A stretch of 64,000 nt of DNA, from positions 1,152,001-1,216,000 of the forward strand of contig CBDHDG010000007.1 in assembly GCA_965261595.1 (NCBI GenBank). Direction: 5' to 3'. Both the position numbers and the translations under genes were made by a program. Shown here in pieces: positions 38,918 to 50,557 of this stretch (within the stretch, counting starts at the first letter, position 1; every line of letters starts with the position of its first letter). The notes under the pieces were generated by a model. The model worked only from the letters and a program-made list of their open reading frames with translations, had not been told where the DNA came from and did not search any database. The stretch is from a bacterium (GTDB taxonomy: Bacteria > UBA8248 > JACPRG01 > G963555815).

Positions 38918-39139
38918 GTAAGTGTGAAACGCCCATTATTTAATGAAACAGGACAAAGCTTAAACAACGATTTCGCCAATTGACGAAACCTTAAATTAAG
39001 AAAAAATCGAAGATATCCGGAAATAACATGGCACCAACACCACATCTTGGGTCAAAAACTACACAAAAATCTTTCCCGTGAGTGAAATCCGGTTGTCCCC
39101 ATTCGGTTGGCCAGCGAAAACGACCATCCCCGCAACGCC

Positions 39140-39925
39140 TCAAGCCGTCCGCGCAAGGGTGTAGACGTGGACCGATTCCGACCCGGCCCGCTTCAGGACT
39201 TTGGCGCAGGCGGCGGCGGTGGCGCCGGTGGTCAGGACGTCGTCCACCAGGAGAATCCGCCGGCCCTCCGCCTCGCGGGGCTTCCGGACGATGAAGGCGC
39301 CGCGGACGTTCTTCCGCCGCTGGACCTCGGTGAGCTCGAACTGGGGAGCGTCCCATTTTGTGCGATCCAGGAGGTTCGGCCGCGCCGGAATCCCCGAAAC
39401 CCTCCCCAGGACGCGCGCCAGGAACCAGGCCTGATCGAAGCCGCGCTCGCGAAACCGCTTCGGGTGGAGGGGGACGTGCGTGATGACGTCGAAAACCTCG
39501 TCCGGAAAACGGTCCCGAAAATGCCCGGCCATGAGCTTGCCCAGGGTCGCCGACAGGCCGCTCACCCCATCGTATTTGTAGGCGTGGATGATATCCCGCA
39601 GCGCGCCCTCGTACAGACCGGCCGCGCGGGCGGAGTCGAAAGCGGGCTCCAGATCGCGGCATTTTCCGCAAACGTGGCCGGGCGAATCCGTGAGGGCGAA
39701 TGCGGAAGAGAAGGGCACGCCGCAGCGGGGGCACAGGGGCGGTTTAGGGAGGGTGATCGAGTCCCAGCAGCCGGCGCACACCCTGGAGGAGGAGGCGGAC
39801 GCCCGGACGGCCGTCCCGATCCCGTCGCCGCAGGCGGCGCAGGACGCGGGCAACAAAAGACCGAGGGCCCCGTTCAGGAGCCCTCGAAGGTGGGTCCAAT
39901 CAAGCTTCGTTTTCGGCTTTCCCAT
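39140..39925 (-). CDS. comF: ComF family protein
   Basis: Double zinc ribbon, VPLH..R..ERGFDQ, LLVDDVLTTGAT. Confidence 0.93.
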   Translation of the reverse strand: MGKPKTKLDWTHLRGLLNGALGLLLPASCAACGDGIGTAVRASASSSRVCAGCWDSITLPKPPLCPRCGVPFSSAFALTDSPGHVCGKCRDLEPAFDSARAAGLYEGALRDIIHAYKYDGVSGLSATLGKLMAGHFRDRFPDEVFDVITHVPLHPKRFRERGFDQAWFLARVLGRVSGIPARPNLLDRTKWDAPQFELTEVQRRKNVRGAFIVRKPREAEGRRILLVDDVLTTGATAAACAKVLKRAGSESVHVYTLARTA

Positions 39926-39971
39926 CCGCTCAAGCCGCGCGGAGAAAATTTATCCTCCCCCCTCCCCCGAT

Positions 39972-41123
39972 TCAGACGCCCACCCGTTGGTCCTTCTTGA
40001 CGAGCTTCATCAGGGCCGCGCTCTTCGGCCGGCCCATCAGCTCCGGGTCCCGGATGAGGCTCTGCCTGCGGACAAGCAACAACTCCGCGACGATGGAGAC
40101 GGCGATCTCGCCGGGAACGTCCGCGCCGATCTCCAGGCCCATGGGCGCCCGGACCCGCTGGATGAACTCTTCCCGGGGAACCCCCATCTTTTCTTCGAGG
40201 TGGCGATACGTGGCGAGGATCTTCGTCCGGCTCCCAATCATCCCCATGTACCGGAAGGGCTTGTCCCAGGCCCACTGCAGGATGTCCTCGTCGTACTGAT
40301 GGCCCCGGGTGACGATGATCGTCATGTCCGTCGGATCGATTTCCGGCATCACGCCGTCCAGGTGCTCGAAGTCCTCGACGAGGACGAAATCCTCGGCCTC
40401 GGGGAAGCGCTCCTTGTTGGCGTACGACTCGCGGTCTTCGACAATGATCAGGCGGAACCCGGCGACGTCCGCCACCTTGGCGATGTGCTTGGAGACGTGC
40501 CCGCCGCCGAAGATGTACACCGTAGGCCGGGTGATGATCGGCTCGAAGAACACCTCGAGCGCCACGTCCGAGCCGGGGGCGGTGAACGTCTTGTTGTCCG
40601 GCCTCTCGTTGTGAAGGACCTCGGCGGCGAACCGGACGATTTCCTCTTCGACGCCCCCGATGACCCCCAGGGCGGTCCCGTCTCTGTAGATGAACATCCG
40701 GTCGCCGGGACCGGGCGCTTTGCCGTCGCTCCGGCCGATCACGCTGGCCAGGACGGCCCGGCCGCCTTCCGCGCGAATGCGGACAATCTCGGACAGGATT
40801 TCCGAGGAGTAGTTGGAGAGCGGCTCGACCAGGACGTCCACAATGCCGCCGCAGATGTGGCCGCTTTCTCCGGCTTCGGCCTCGGTGAGGTCGAAGCTCA
40901 TCTTGGCCGCGCCGCCTTTGCGCAACACACGCTTGGCCTCGGCCCAGACGTCCGCTTCCAGGCAGCCGCCCCCGACCGTCCCCTTCATGGAGCCGTCCTT
41001 GTAGATGATCATCTTGGCGTCGGCGCTCATCGGGGCGGAGCCCTTTCGCGCAACCACGGAGGCGACGGCGCCGTCCTCCCCTTTGTCCAGAATCTCCTGG
41101 ATCTCTTTGTAGATGTCGACCAT
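39972..41123 (-). CDS. XdhC/CoxI family molybdenum-hydroxylase accessory protein
   Basis: KGSAP, GTVGGGCLEA, ICGG, IFGGGH, VTRGH, YMGMIGS, APMGLEIGA..PGEIAVSI. Confidence 0.93.
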   Translation of the reverse strand: MVDIYKEIQEILDKGEDGAVASVVARKGSAPMSADAKMIIYKDGSMKGTVGGGCLEADVWAEAKRVLRKGGAAKMSFDLTEAEAGESGHICGGIVDVLVEPLSNYSSEILSEIVRIRAEGGRAVLASVIGRSDGKAPGPGDRMFIYRDGTALGVIGGVEEEIVRFAAEVLHNERPDNKTFTAPGSDVALEVFFEPIITRPTVYIFGGGHVSKHIAKVADVAGFRLIIVEDRESYANKERFPEAEDFVLVEDFEHLDGVMPEIDPTDMTIIVTRGHQYDEDILQWAWDKPFRYMGMIGSRTKILATYRHLEEKMGVPREEFIQRVRAPMGLEIGADVPGEIAVSIVAELLLVRRQSLIRDPELMGRPKSAALMKLVKKDQRVGV

Positions 41124-41270
41124 GCTTTCCTCCGCTTTTCTTCCCCCCGCGTCCGGATCGCGGTCCAGCCCGATGGGCCGCTCACGCGCCGCCCGCGGCG
41201 GGTTTTTTCGGATACTCCGTCGAGTCCGGCCGGATTCGCGCCCATCGCCATACGGCGTTTTCGGCCGCGC

Positions 41271-42065
41271 TCATCCGACCTGCACCCTTTGAATCTCGTC
41301 CCGCTCCAGACTCCCGGAAAAAACCGACTCCAGTTGAACGAGATTACAGCCTCTTAGTATATAACGAATCTCCCCGGCGGGGACAACCCGGCCGCATTCA
41401 TCCGACTGATTGAGAAACCCAATCAGCCGGGCCCCTTCCGGACATCCCCGGAAGATGCCGTCCGGCCGGGCCAGGAGCGCGCCATAGGCGTCCAGCCCGA
41501 TGGCCTCCCCTTCGGCGAGCCCCGTCACGGAAGCCGCCCGTTCGGGCCGGAAGACCGACTCCCGGTCCAGGGGCCGGCCGAGGGCCGAGAGGCCGAGAAG
41601 ACCGATCGCCAAATGGACGGGACGGGGCCACACGGGCTCCCCCTCCCCCGGGGCCTTGAGGGGCCTCCTCTGGGCGCCGTCCGCCTCGGCCAGCAGCCAC
41701 GCCACCTCGTCCATTTCAATGAGGGGACCCGCCCAGTCCGGCGGGATTCCGTCCAGCTTGTCCCGGCCGTAACGGGGATCGGCATGCGACCCCGCGGCCA
41801 GGACGACGCGAACGTCTTTGCGGGCGGCCTTCCGGATTTGCTTCCGGGCTTCCTCCAGGCCGGCGGACACAATGACGGCTTCGGCCTCTTCCTCTGTGGT
41901 CCGGAAGATCTTCGTGGTCGTTGTGATGAGAACGATTCCGCCCGCTTTCGCCGCCTCGGGGGCCATTTCCCGCGCCAGACGGTAAAGGAGGGTCGTTTTC
42001 CCCCCCGCGCCCACGATGGCGACAGAGGACTTTGGAGGAATGTCAAAGGCTTTGAAAAGATTCAT
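41271..42065 (-). CDS. yqeC: Selenium-dependent hydroxylase accessory protein YqeC
   Basis: VGAGGKTTL, TTTTKI, EADGA.RRPLKAP...EP, VFRPE. Confidence 0.88.
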   Translation of the reverse strand: MNLFKAFDIPPKSSVAIVGAGGKTTLLYRLAREMAPEAAKAGGIVLITTTTKIFRTTEEEAEAVIVSAGLEEARKQIRKAARKDVRVVLAAGSHADPRYGRDKLDGIPPDWAGPLIEMDEVAWLLAEADGAQRRPLKAPGEGEPVWPRPVHLAIGLLGLSALGRPLDRESVFRPERAASVTGLAEGEAIGLDAYGALLARPDGIFRGCPEGARLIGFLNQSDECGRVVPAGEIRYILRGCNLVQLESVFSGSLERDEIQRVQVG

Positions 42066-42077
42066 GATGTGAAAACC

Positions 42078-42410
42078 CTGGGGGACATTTTGAAAACTGT
42101 CCCCCAGACCCCCTCGAAAACTTTCGTTTCGCGATAGCGGGCGGCCCTGAAGGGCCGTCCGCTATCGCAAGAGGCAAATTTCACCGAGGGATGGAGGCAT
42201 GGCCGCGCCAAACAGACGATTTCAATTCACCTAACCTCCAAGCGCGGGTAAGGCCAAGCCAAAGGTTTGACCGGGTAGGCCGGCCATCTTGGCCACCATC
42301 GGATGGCGGGCTGGAAGCCCGCCCTACCAGGGGGTTCCCAACCCCCGGGAGGGGGTCTGGGGGACAGATTTCAAAGCTTGTCCCGCGCGAAGGCGGGGAT
42401 GTCCCCCAGG
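42078..42410. repeat. Composite repeat: inverted double-hairpin-element ends enclosing a REP pair
   Basis: CTGGGGGACA...TGTCCCCCAG hairpins at 42078-42107 and 42357-42409 in inverted context; REPs at 42274-42328. Confidence 0.75.
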
Positions 42411-42438
42411 AATTTTCCCTTATTCCCCCCCCGGCTTC

Positions 42439-44867
<2,429 letters not shown>

Positions 44868-44914
44868 GGGGTTTTGGATGTTCTCCCGGCGCTTAAAGCC
44901 GAACCGCAAGACCG

Positions 44915-45073
44915 GGCGGGCAGGATGCCCGCCCTACCGAGCTGTGGGGCGACTCCCTCCGGTCCAACCGATATCCCCACGGTGGCCAGCGCCCCCCGGG
45001 GCGGGCAAGATGCCCGCCCTACCAAGTCGGAGTGATCACACGTCGCAACGGTAGGCCGGGCATCCTGCCCGGC
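44915..45073. repeat. REP cluster on one side of the RAYT
   Basis: REPs at 44915-44938, 45000-45023, 45050-45073. Confidence 0.88.
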
Positions 45074-45085
45074 AACCCGAATCTT

Positions 45086-45541
45086 CTACCAAGGGTCAAA
45101 TTCATACTGATCGTTAGCCGATGAGAATTGCCAATCCTCCGGCTTTTCAACCCATCCCTTCCTCAAGGGGTTTTCCCACAGGTAACGAACTTTCCCCTCC
45201 ATGTCCTTCAAACCGCGAATTGCGTAACTGTAATATCCGTCCTGCCAAACTTTACCCGATTTTCCCCTCTCCCGATTCAAGCGAATCGCGCTGTAGCTCT
45301 TCAGGCTGTGCATAATCGAAGGCAACTCAAAGTTTGCCTGGGGAGACAGAATGAGGTGCAAATGATCGGGTATTGCGACAAAAGCATGAAGTTTGAATCG
45401 ACCTTTCTCCCTCAAAAAGTAGATGGCGTCGACAACTCCGGACGCGTGCTGAGGATGCCGAAGAAGAGGCTTCCTTCCTTGGATGATCGTCGTAATAAAG
45501 TAACAGTTCGTCGAGCCTTCTCGATATACGGGCTTGGTCAT
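45086..45541 (-). CDS. REP-associated tyrosine transposase (RAYT/TnpA-REP, HUH)
   Basis: YFITT, PDHLH, KSYSA, VWQDGYY, YLWENP...WQFSS; lower GC than neighbours; flanked by REPs. Confidence 0.92.
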   Translation of the reverse strand: MTKPVYREGSTNCYFITTIIQGRKPLLRHPQHASGVVDAIYFLREKGRFKLHAFVAIPDHLHLILSPQANFELPSIMHSLKSYSAIRLNRERGKSGKVWQDGYYSYAIRGLKDMEGKVRYLWENPLRKGWVEKPEDWQFSSANDQYEFDPW

Positions 45542-45552
45542 TGGCAGCCTGT

Positions 45553-45607
45553 GGCGGGCAGGATGCCCGCCCTACCTCACACGGGCAGGCCGGGCATCTT
45601 GCCCGGC
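45553..45607. repeat. REP pair on the other side of the RAYT
   Basis: REPs at 45553-45576 and 45584-45607. Confidence 0.88.
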
Positions 45608-45619
45608 ACGAAACGCGAT

Positions 45620-47029
45620 TCAATACGCGTGCTTGTGGATGATCCCCTTCCAGAGCGTCAGCCACAGGATCTTCAAATCGAACCCCAGCGACCAATTCTC
45701 GATGTAGTACAAATCGCACTCGATCCGGTTCTCGATGGGGGTGTTGCCGCGCCATCCGTTGACCTGGGCCCAGCCGGTGATGCCCGCCTTGACTTTATGG
45801 CGCAGCATGTAGCCCGGGATGTTCTTTCGAAAATCCTCGACGAACACCGGGCGCTCCGGACGCGGGCCGACGACGCTCATGTCCCCCCTGAGGACGTTGA
45901 ACAACTGGGGGAGCTCGTCCAGGCTGGCCTTGCGGATGATCCGGCCGACCGATGTGCGGCGCGGGTCCTTCGGGCTCGCCCACACCGCCCCGAATTCCGC
46001 CTCCGCACCTTCCCGCATCGACCGGAACTTGAACATTTGAAACGAAATCCCGTCGAGGCCCATCCGCTCCTGGCGGTACAAAACCGGACCCGCCGACGTC
46101 AGCTTGATGGCCCCGGCGATGAGGACCATGAGCGGAGAGAGCACGAGGAGGGAGGCGAGCGAAAGCACGATGTCGGTGGTCCGCTTCGCCAGCCGGTTCA
46201 CGCCGAACAGCGGGCTCTCCCGGAGACTGATGACCGGAAGCCCGTCGAAATCCTCGATCCCGGCGTTGAGCTTCATGAACTTCAGGAAATCGGGGACCAC
46301 CTTGATGTCGATGAGCGCCTCGCCCAGTCCCTCCAGAACGCGCGGGAGGTGGTCCTGGCCGTCCATGGGCAGGGCGATAAACAATTGATCCGCCTGAAGG
46401 CGGAGGATGACTTCCCGGGCATCTTCCAGCATCCCCGCCACCGGGACGCCGCCGATCAGACTTCCGACCTCCTCCTCCCGATCGGTCACGTAGCCCACCA
46501 CCTCGATCCCCAGGACTTCGTTGGCCCGCATCCGACCGCCCAGATCGACGCCCAACTCCCCGGTCCCGGCGATCAGAATCCGGCGAACCTCATAGCCGCG
46601 TCTCCGTAAATTCTTCAGGACGGCCTGCGCCAGGGTTCGCGCGATCACCGCGTACACCGTAACGATGATCCAGTAATAGGCCATCACCACGCGCGAGAAT
46701 CGGGCGAATGGAAATTCACGATAGAAGAACGTCAACGCCGTCAACAAAACCAGGGAAAGCGTGGCCGCCTTCCAGGCGTTCCAGGCCCGGGCCCTCAGGG
46801 ACCGGCTCAGCTGGGGCCCATAGAGATCCAGCAGCCGGGCCGCCGCCAGCCAGAAAACCAGAACGATCGGAACGAACGACAGGTAGTGGGAAAAAGTCGG
46901 ATAGGTCTTGATCACCGGGATGATATCGACGTTGAACCGCAGAAAAAACGCCGTCGACCAAGCGGCGATCACTGCCAGCACGTCCGCAAGGACGAGGACG
47001 GAGACAGCCAGGTGAGCATACTTCTTCAC
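45620..47029 (-). CDS. Undecaprenyl-phosphate glucose phosphotransferase (WcaJ-like)
   Basis: N-terminal TMs, KRTTDI, FKFRSM, SLDELPQLFNVLRGDMSVVGPRPE, GITGWAQVNG. Confidence 0.95.
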   Translation of the reverse strand: MKKYAHLAVSVLVLADVLAVIAAWSTAFFLRFNVDIIPVIKTYPTFSHYLSFVPIVLVFWLAAARLLDLYGPQLSRSLRARAWNAWKAATLSLVLLTALTFFYREFPFARFSRVVMAYYWIIVTVYAVIARTLAQAVLKNLRRRGYEVRRILIAGTGELGVDLGGRMRANEVLGIEVVGYVTDREEEVGSLIGGVPVAGMLEDAREVILRLQADQLFIALPMDGQDHLPRVLEGLGEALIDIKVVPDFLKFMKLNAGIEDFDGLPVISLRESPLFGVNRLAKRTTDIVLSLASLLVLSPLMVLIAGAIKLTSAGPVLYRQERMGLDGISFQMFKFRSMREGAEAEFGAVWASPKDPRRTSVGRIIRKASLDELPQLFNVLRGDMSVVGPRPERPVFVEDFRKNIPGYMLRHKVKAGITGWAQVNGWRGNTPIENRIECDLYYIENWSLGFDLKILWLTLWKGIIHKHAY

Positions 47030-48222
47030 GAGATGGGGACCTGTCCTCTAGCGATCACGCGCCCCGCCGCCTCGCCATGAAACGCGGCGTCGGCTTCCCG
47101 CAGGAATTCGGAGATCGCCGTTCGGAAGTTCTCGGTGTCGAACCGGAGGGCGTGCGCCCGGACGGCGTCCGGGTCGAAATCCCCTTCCCTTCCCTCGAAC
47201 GCCTCGATGGCGCCGGCCAATCCGGCCGCCGTCTCCTCCGGGAAGAATACACCCGTGGCGGGACGCCCTTCGGGATTGTCGGGGCCGACAACGGTTTCCA
47301 GCGCGCCCCCCTTCGCCAGCGCGATGACCGGCCGCCCGGCCGCCATGGCCTCGACGGGGGCGATGCCGAAGTCCTCCTCGCCGGGGAAAAGAAACCCCCG
47401 GCACCCTTCATACAGTTCGACGAGCTCCCGGCCCGTCTTCCAGCCGAGGAACTCGATCTTCGATCCGGGAAAGGAAGCGGCCAGCTTGCGCAGGCGCCCC
47501 TCGTCCTGTCCCGACCCGACCACCTTGAGGGGACGGCCCAGGCGGCCCGCCGCCTCGACGGCCAGGTCAATCCGCTTATAGGGCGCGAACGCCGAGACGA
47601 CGAGATAGTAGTCCCCGCCCTCCGAGGCCCGGAATCGCCCCGTATCCACCGGGCAATGGATCACCTCCGAATCGCGCCTGTAGTATTTCCGGATCCGTCC
47701 GCGGACAGCCTGCGAAATGGCGATGAACCGGTCCACCCGGTTTGCCGAGGCCACGTCCCACGTCCGCAAGTACGTGAAAATCGGGGGCAGGAGCCACCGC
47801 TCCAGGACGCCCAGCCGATCGTCGGGAAAATAGCGGTGATGGCTTTCCCACGCGTAGCGCATCGGGGTGTAGCAGTAACAGACGTGAAGCGTGTCCGGCC
47901 GTGTGACCACGCCCTTGGCGACGCAGTGGCTGGAGCTCAGGACCAGGTCATAGGGCGTGAGGTCCAGTCGCTCGATGGCCGCGGGCATCAACGGGAGCAA
48001 CCGGCGGTATCGCTTCTTCGCGCCGGGAATGCGCTGAAGAAGCGAGGTGTGGATCGGCCGGGCCTCGATACGCGCCGACACCGAGCCTTTCCGGTGAATC
48101 AACGTGAACAGGTCCGCCTGGGGAAACAGCTCGCAGAAGACCTCGAGGGTGTACTCGCCCCCGCGCATTCCCGTCAACCAGTCGTGAACGATGGCGACCT
48201 TCACCGGCTTACTCATCCCCAT
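47026..48222 (-). CDS. Glycosyltransferase family 4
   Basis: VHDWLTGMRGGE, SSHCVAKG, EDFGIAPVEAMA. Confidence 0.93.
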   Translation of the reverse strand: MGMSKPVKVAIVHDWLTGMRGGEYTLEVFCELFPQADLFTLIHRKGSVSARIEARPIHTSLLQRIPGAKKRYRRLLPLMPAAIERLDLTPYDLVLSSSHCVAKGVVTRPDTLHVCYCYTPMRYAWESHHRYFPDDRLGVLERWLLPPIFTYLRTWDVASANRVDRFIAISQAVRGRIRKYYRRDSEVIHCPVDTGRFRASEGGDYYLVVSAFAPYKRIDLAVEAAGRLGRPLKVVGSGQDEGRLRKLAASFPGSKIEFLGWKTGRELVELYEGCRGFLFPGEEDFGIAPVEAMAAGRPVIALAKGGALETVVGPDNPEGRPATGVFFPEETAAGLAGAIEAFEGREGDFDPDAVRAHALRFDTENFRTAISEFLREADAAFHGEAAGRVIARGQVPIS

Positions 48223-49357
48223 CGGCCGATTCGACTTCGACCGCCTCTTCGTACACCTTCCAGGCGGCCTGGGCCATCCCGCGGGCCGTGAAGAATTGCA
48301 CCCTTTTCAGCCCTTCGCTTCGAAGCCGAATCCTGAGATCCTCCCTCGTGAGCAAATCATAAAGAGCCGAACTGAGGCGGTCAAGGTTGTCGGGCGGGAC
48401 CTGAATCGCGGCGTCGCCCACCACCTCGGGGAGCGACGCGGCGTCCGAGCAGACCACAGGCGTCCCGCATGCCATGGCTTCGAGGGGCGGATAACCGAAT
48501 CCCTCGTATCGGGAGGGGAAGGCGAACACCGCCGCCGCCCGGTAAAGGTCGACCAACAGCCCGCCGTTCACCGGTCCCAGGAAATGGACGCCCTCGAGGC
48601 CGCCGTCCGCCGCGCCGGGGCGAAGCTCCTCCCGGCGAACGGTCGCCGCCAAGGCCGGTTTCTTTCTTCCAGGGTCCTCCCGCTCCATTCTCGCCCTCAA
48701 ATCCCGGTAGGCCCGGAGAAGGCCATCGAGATTCTTATGCGCCTTGGCGTTGCCGACATAGAGAACGTAAGGGCCGTCGAGGCCGACGGCCTCCCGGACC
48801 CGGAGGGCCGCATCTCCGTCCGGGTCGGGGGAAAAGCCCCGCGCGAGTCCGTTGTGGATGACCTTCACCTTTTCGGCCGGCGCCTTCAGGCGGGAAACGA
48901 TGTCGTCTTTGGAATGTTGCGACACGGTGATGATCCGCCTGGCGGCCCGGGCGCTCCGGGGAAGGACGTGACGCGCGTAGGCGTAATGAAGGGGGGTTTT
49001 GTGATCGGACGGAAAACGGAGGTGGATCAGGTCGTGAATCGTCACCACAGCCGGGAACCCTCCCCGGTAGGGGTAAATGTAATGAGGGAAGTGCGCCAAA
49101 TCGAAATCATGGGAACGGAGCGCCCTGCGCAGAGCGGGGATCTCCCAGGGAGAATACACCCGGACGTCGCAGGGAACGGCCCGAACGGCGCCGGGGCCGC
49201 CCGGGATGGGAAACACCGGAAGGTCGGCCGGAGGAACCAGGCAGGCGACCTCATGCCCGCCCCCGTGAAGGATCTCGCCGAACCCTTCCAGCAGGACCCG
49301 TACGTACGTCCCGATCCCCGTCCATCTCCACATCCGGGCGTCTAGGAGGATTCGCAC
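48209..49357 (-). CDS. Glycosyltransferase family 4
   Basis: GIGTY, TIHDLI, HKNL, PSRYEGFGYPPLEAMACG; GTG start inferred. Confidence 0.93.
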   Translation of the reverse strand: MRILLDARMWRWTGIGTYVRVLLEGFGEILHGGGHEVACLVPPADLPVFPIPGGPGAVRAVPCDVRVYSPWEIPALRRALRSHDFDLAHFPHYIYPYRGGFPAVVTIHDLIHLRFPSDHKTPLHYAYARHVLPRSARAARRIITVSQHSKDDIVSRLKAPAEKVKVIHNGLARGFSPDPDGDAALRVREAVGLDGPYVLYVGNAKAHKNLDGLLRAYRDLRARMEREDPGRKKPALAATVRREELRPGAADGGLEGVHFLGPVNGGLLVDLYRAAAVFAFPSRYEGFGYPPLEAMACGTPVVCSDAASLPEVVGDAAIQVPPDNLDRLSSALYDLLTREDLRIRLRSEGLKRVQFFTARGMAQAAWKVYEEAVEVESADGDE

Positions 49358-50556
49358 GCCAGGACCGCCTCTTGAGCCGCTTCCACCGTGAGGGTCTCCA
49401 TGCACTCGTTATCGTGTTCGGTGCAGACCTTGAGGGCGCACGGGCTGCACGCGACGGCTTTACGGATGACGCGGGTCCGCGTCCCCACCGGCGCCCACTC
49501 GGCGACGTCGTTCGTCCCGCTGAAAAGCGCCACGGTCCGCGTTCCCAGGGCCGCAGCGATATGGACCGGCCCGGAATCGTTTCCAACCATCAAATCGGCC
49601 CGGGCGAGGAGGGCCATCAGCTCGCGCAGGGAATTCTTTCCCGTCAGGTCGAGCGCCCCCACGGGCCCGGCTGTCCGAAGGACCTCGGAGACCAGGGCCG
49701 ACTCCTGCCCGGACCCGATCACGGCGATCCGATACCCGCGCGCTTCGGCCAGCCATTTCGCGAGGGCGCCGTACCGGGCCGGCCGCCACCGTTTCGTCGG
49801 ATACCCCGCCCCCGGATGAAGGACGGCAAGCCTTTCCTCCGCCCCGATTTCGGGAGGGTCCGCGCCGACGCCTTTGGGGCCGCCGTTCCAGCCGGCGGAG
49901 GCCAGCCTTCGATCCATCGCGCCGCGCTCGGCCTCCGAAACCCGAAGCCGGGGCGTCGGCCGGAAGCCGTCCGGGCGGCGCCACCCCAGGGCCTGGACCA
50001 CCGCTACGTTCCGCTCCGCCTGGTGGATCCCCGGAATGTGCTCGAGTTCCCGCGAAAGGAGGAAACCGGCCCCTCCCCACCCGTAACCGATCTTGTGCCG
50101 GACGCGGCCGGCGGCGAGCATGGCGATCACCCGGGGGTCGCCCCGCAGGTCCAGCCCGACATCGAACCGCCGGCGCCGCATCCACTGAAGAACGTCGAAA
50201 AGGTCCCGGGCGCCCGAGAGGTTTTCCCGGTCGAACCACGGGCTTCGAAACGAGACGACCTCATCCACGTGGGGGTGATGAATCAACAATGGCGCGGCCC
50301 AAGGGCCGACCAGGGCCGTGATCTCTGCGTCCGGATAGAGGGCGCGCAGGGGGGAGAACGCGGCGGTCGAGAACACCACGTCGCCCAGGTGGTCGGGCCG
50401 GACGACGAGCACCCTTCGGACGTCCCGGGGGCTCGGCGCCGGGGCCTTCGGAGGCCGGCCCCGCTTGTCTCCCAGCAGGCGGTCTCCCAAGGCGTCGACG
50501 ATCCGAGCCGCCGCGCGCCGCCGCGCGGAATGATACGGATAGGGACGGGCGGCCAA
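49342..50556 (-). CDS. Glycosyltransferase family 9 (heptosyltransferase-like)
   Basis: RPDHLGDVV, HPGAG..TKRW, GNDSGPVHIAAA. Confidence 0.92.
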   Translation of the reverse strand: MAARPYPYHSARRRAAARIVDALGDRLLGDKRGRPPKAPAPSPRDVRRVLVVRPDHLGDVVFSTAAFSPLRALYPDAEITALVGPWAAPLLIHHPHVDEVVSFRSPWFDRENLSGARDLFDVLQWMRRRRFDVGLDLRGDPRVIAMLAAGRVRHKIGYGWGGAGFLLSRELEHIPGIHQAERNVAVVQALGWRRPDGFRPTPRLRVSEAERGAMDRRLASAGWNGGPKGVGADPPEIGAEERLAVLHPGAGYPTKRWRPARYGALAKWLAEARGYRIAVIGSGQESALVSEVLRTAGPVGALDLTGKNSLRELMALLARADLMVGNDSGPVHIAAALGTRTVALFSGTNDVAEWAPVGTRTRVIRKAVACSPCALKVCTEHDNECMETLTVEAAQEAVLACESS

Positions 50557-50557
50557 A

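Noticed and set aside
35851..38950. DGR template repeat
   Set aside because: No AAC-rich near-copy of the VR was found by eye here or elsewhere in the window on either strand.
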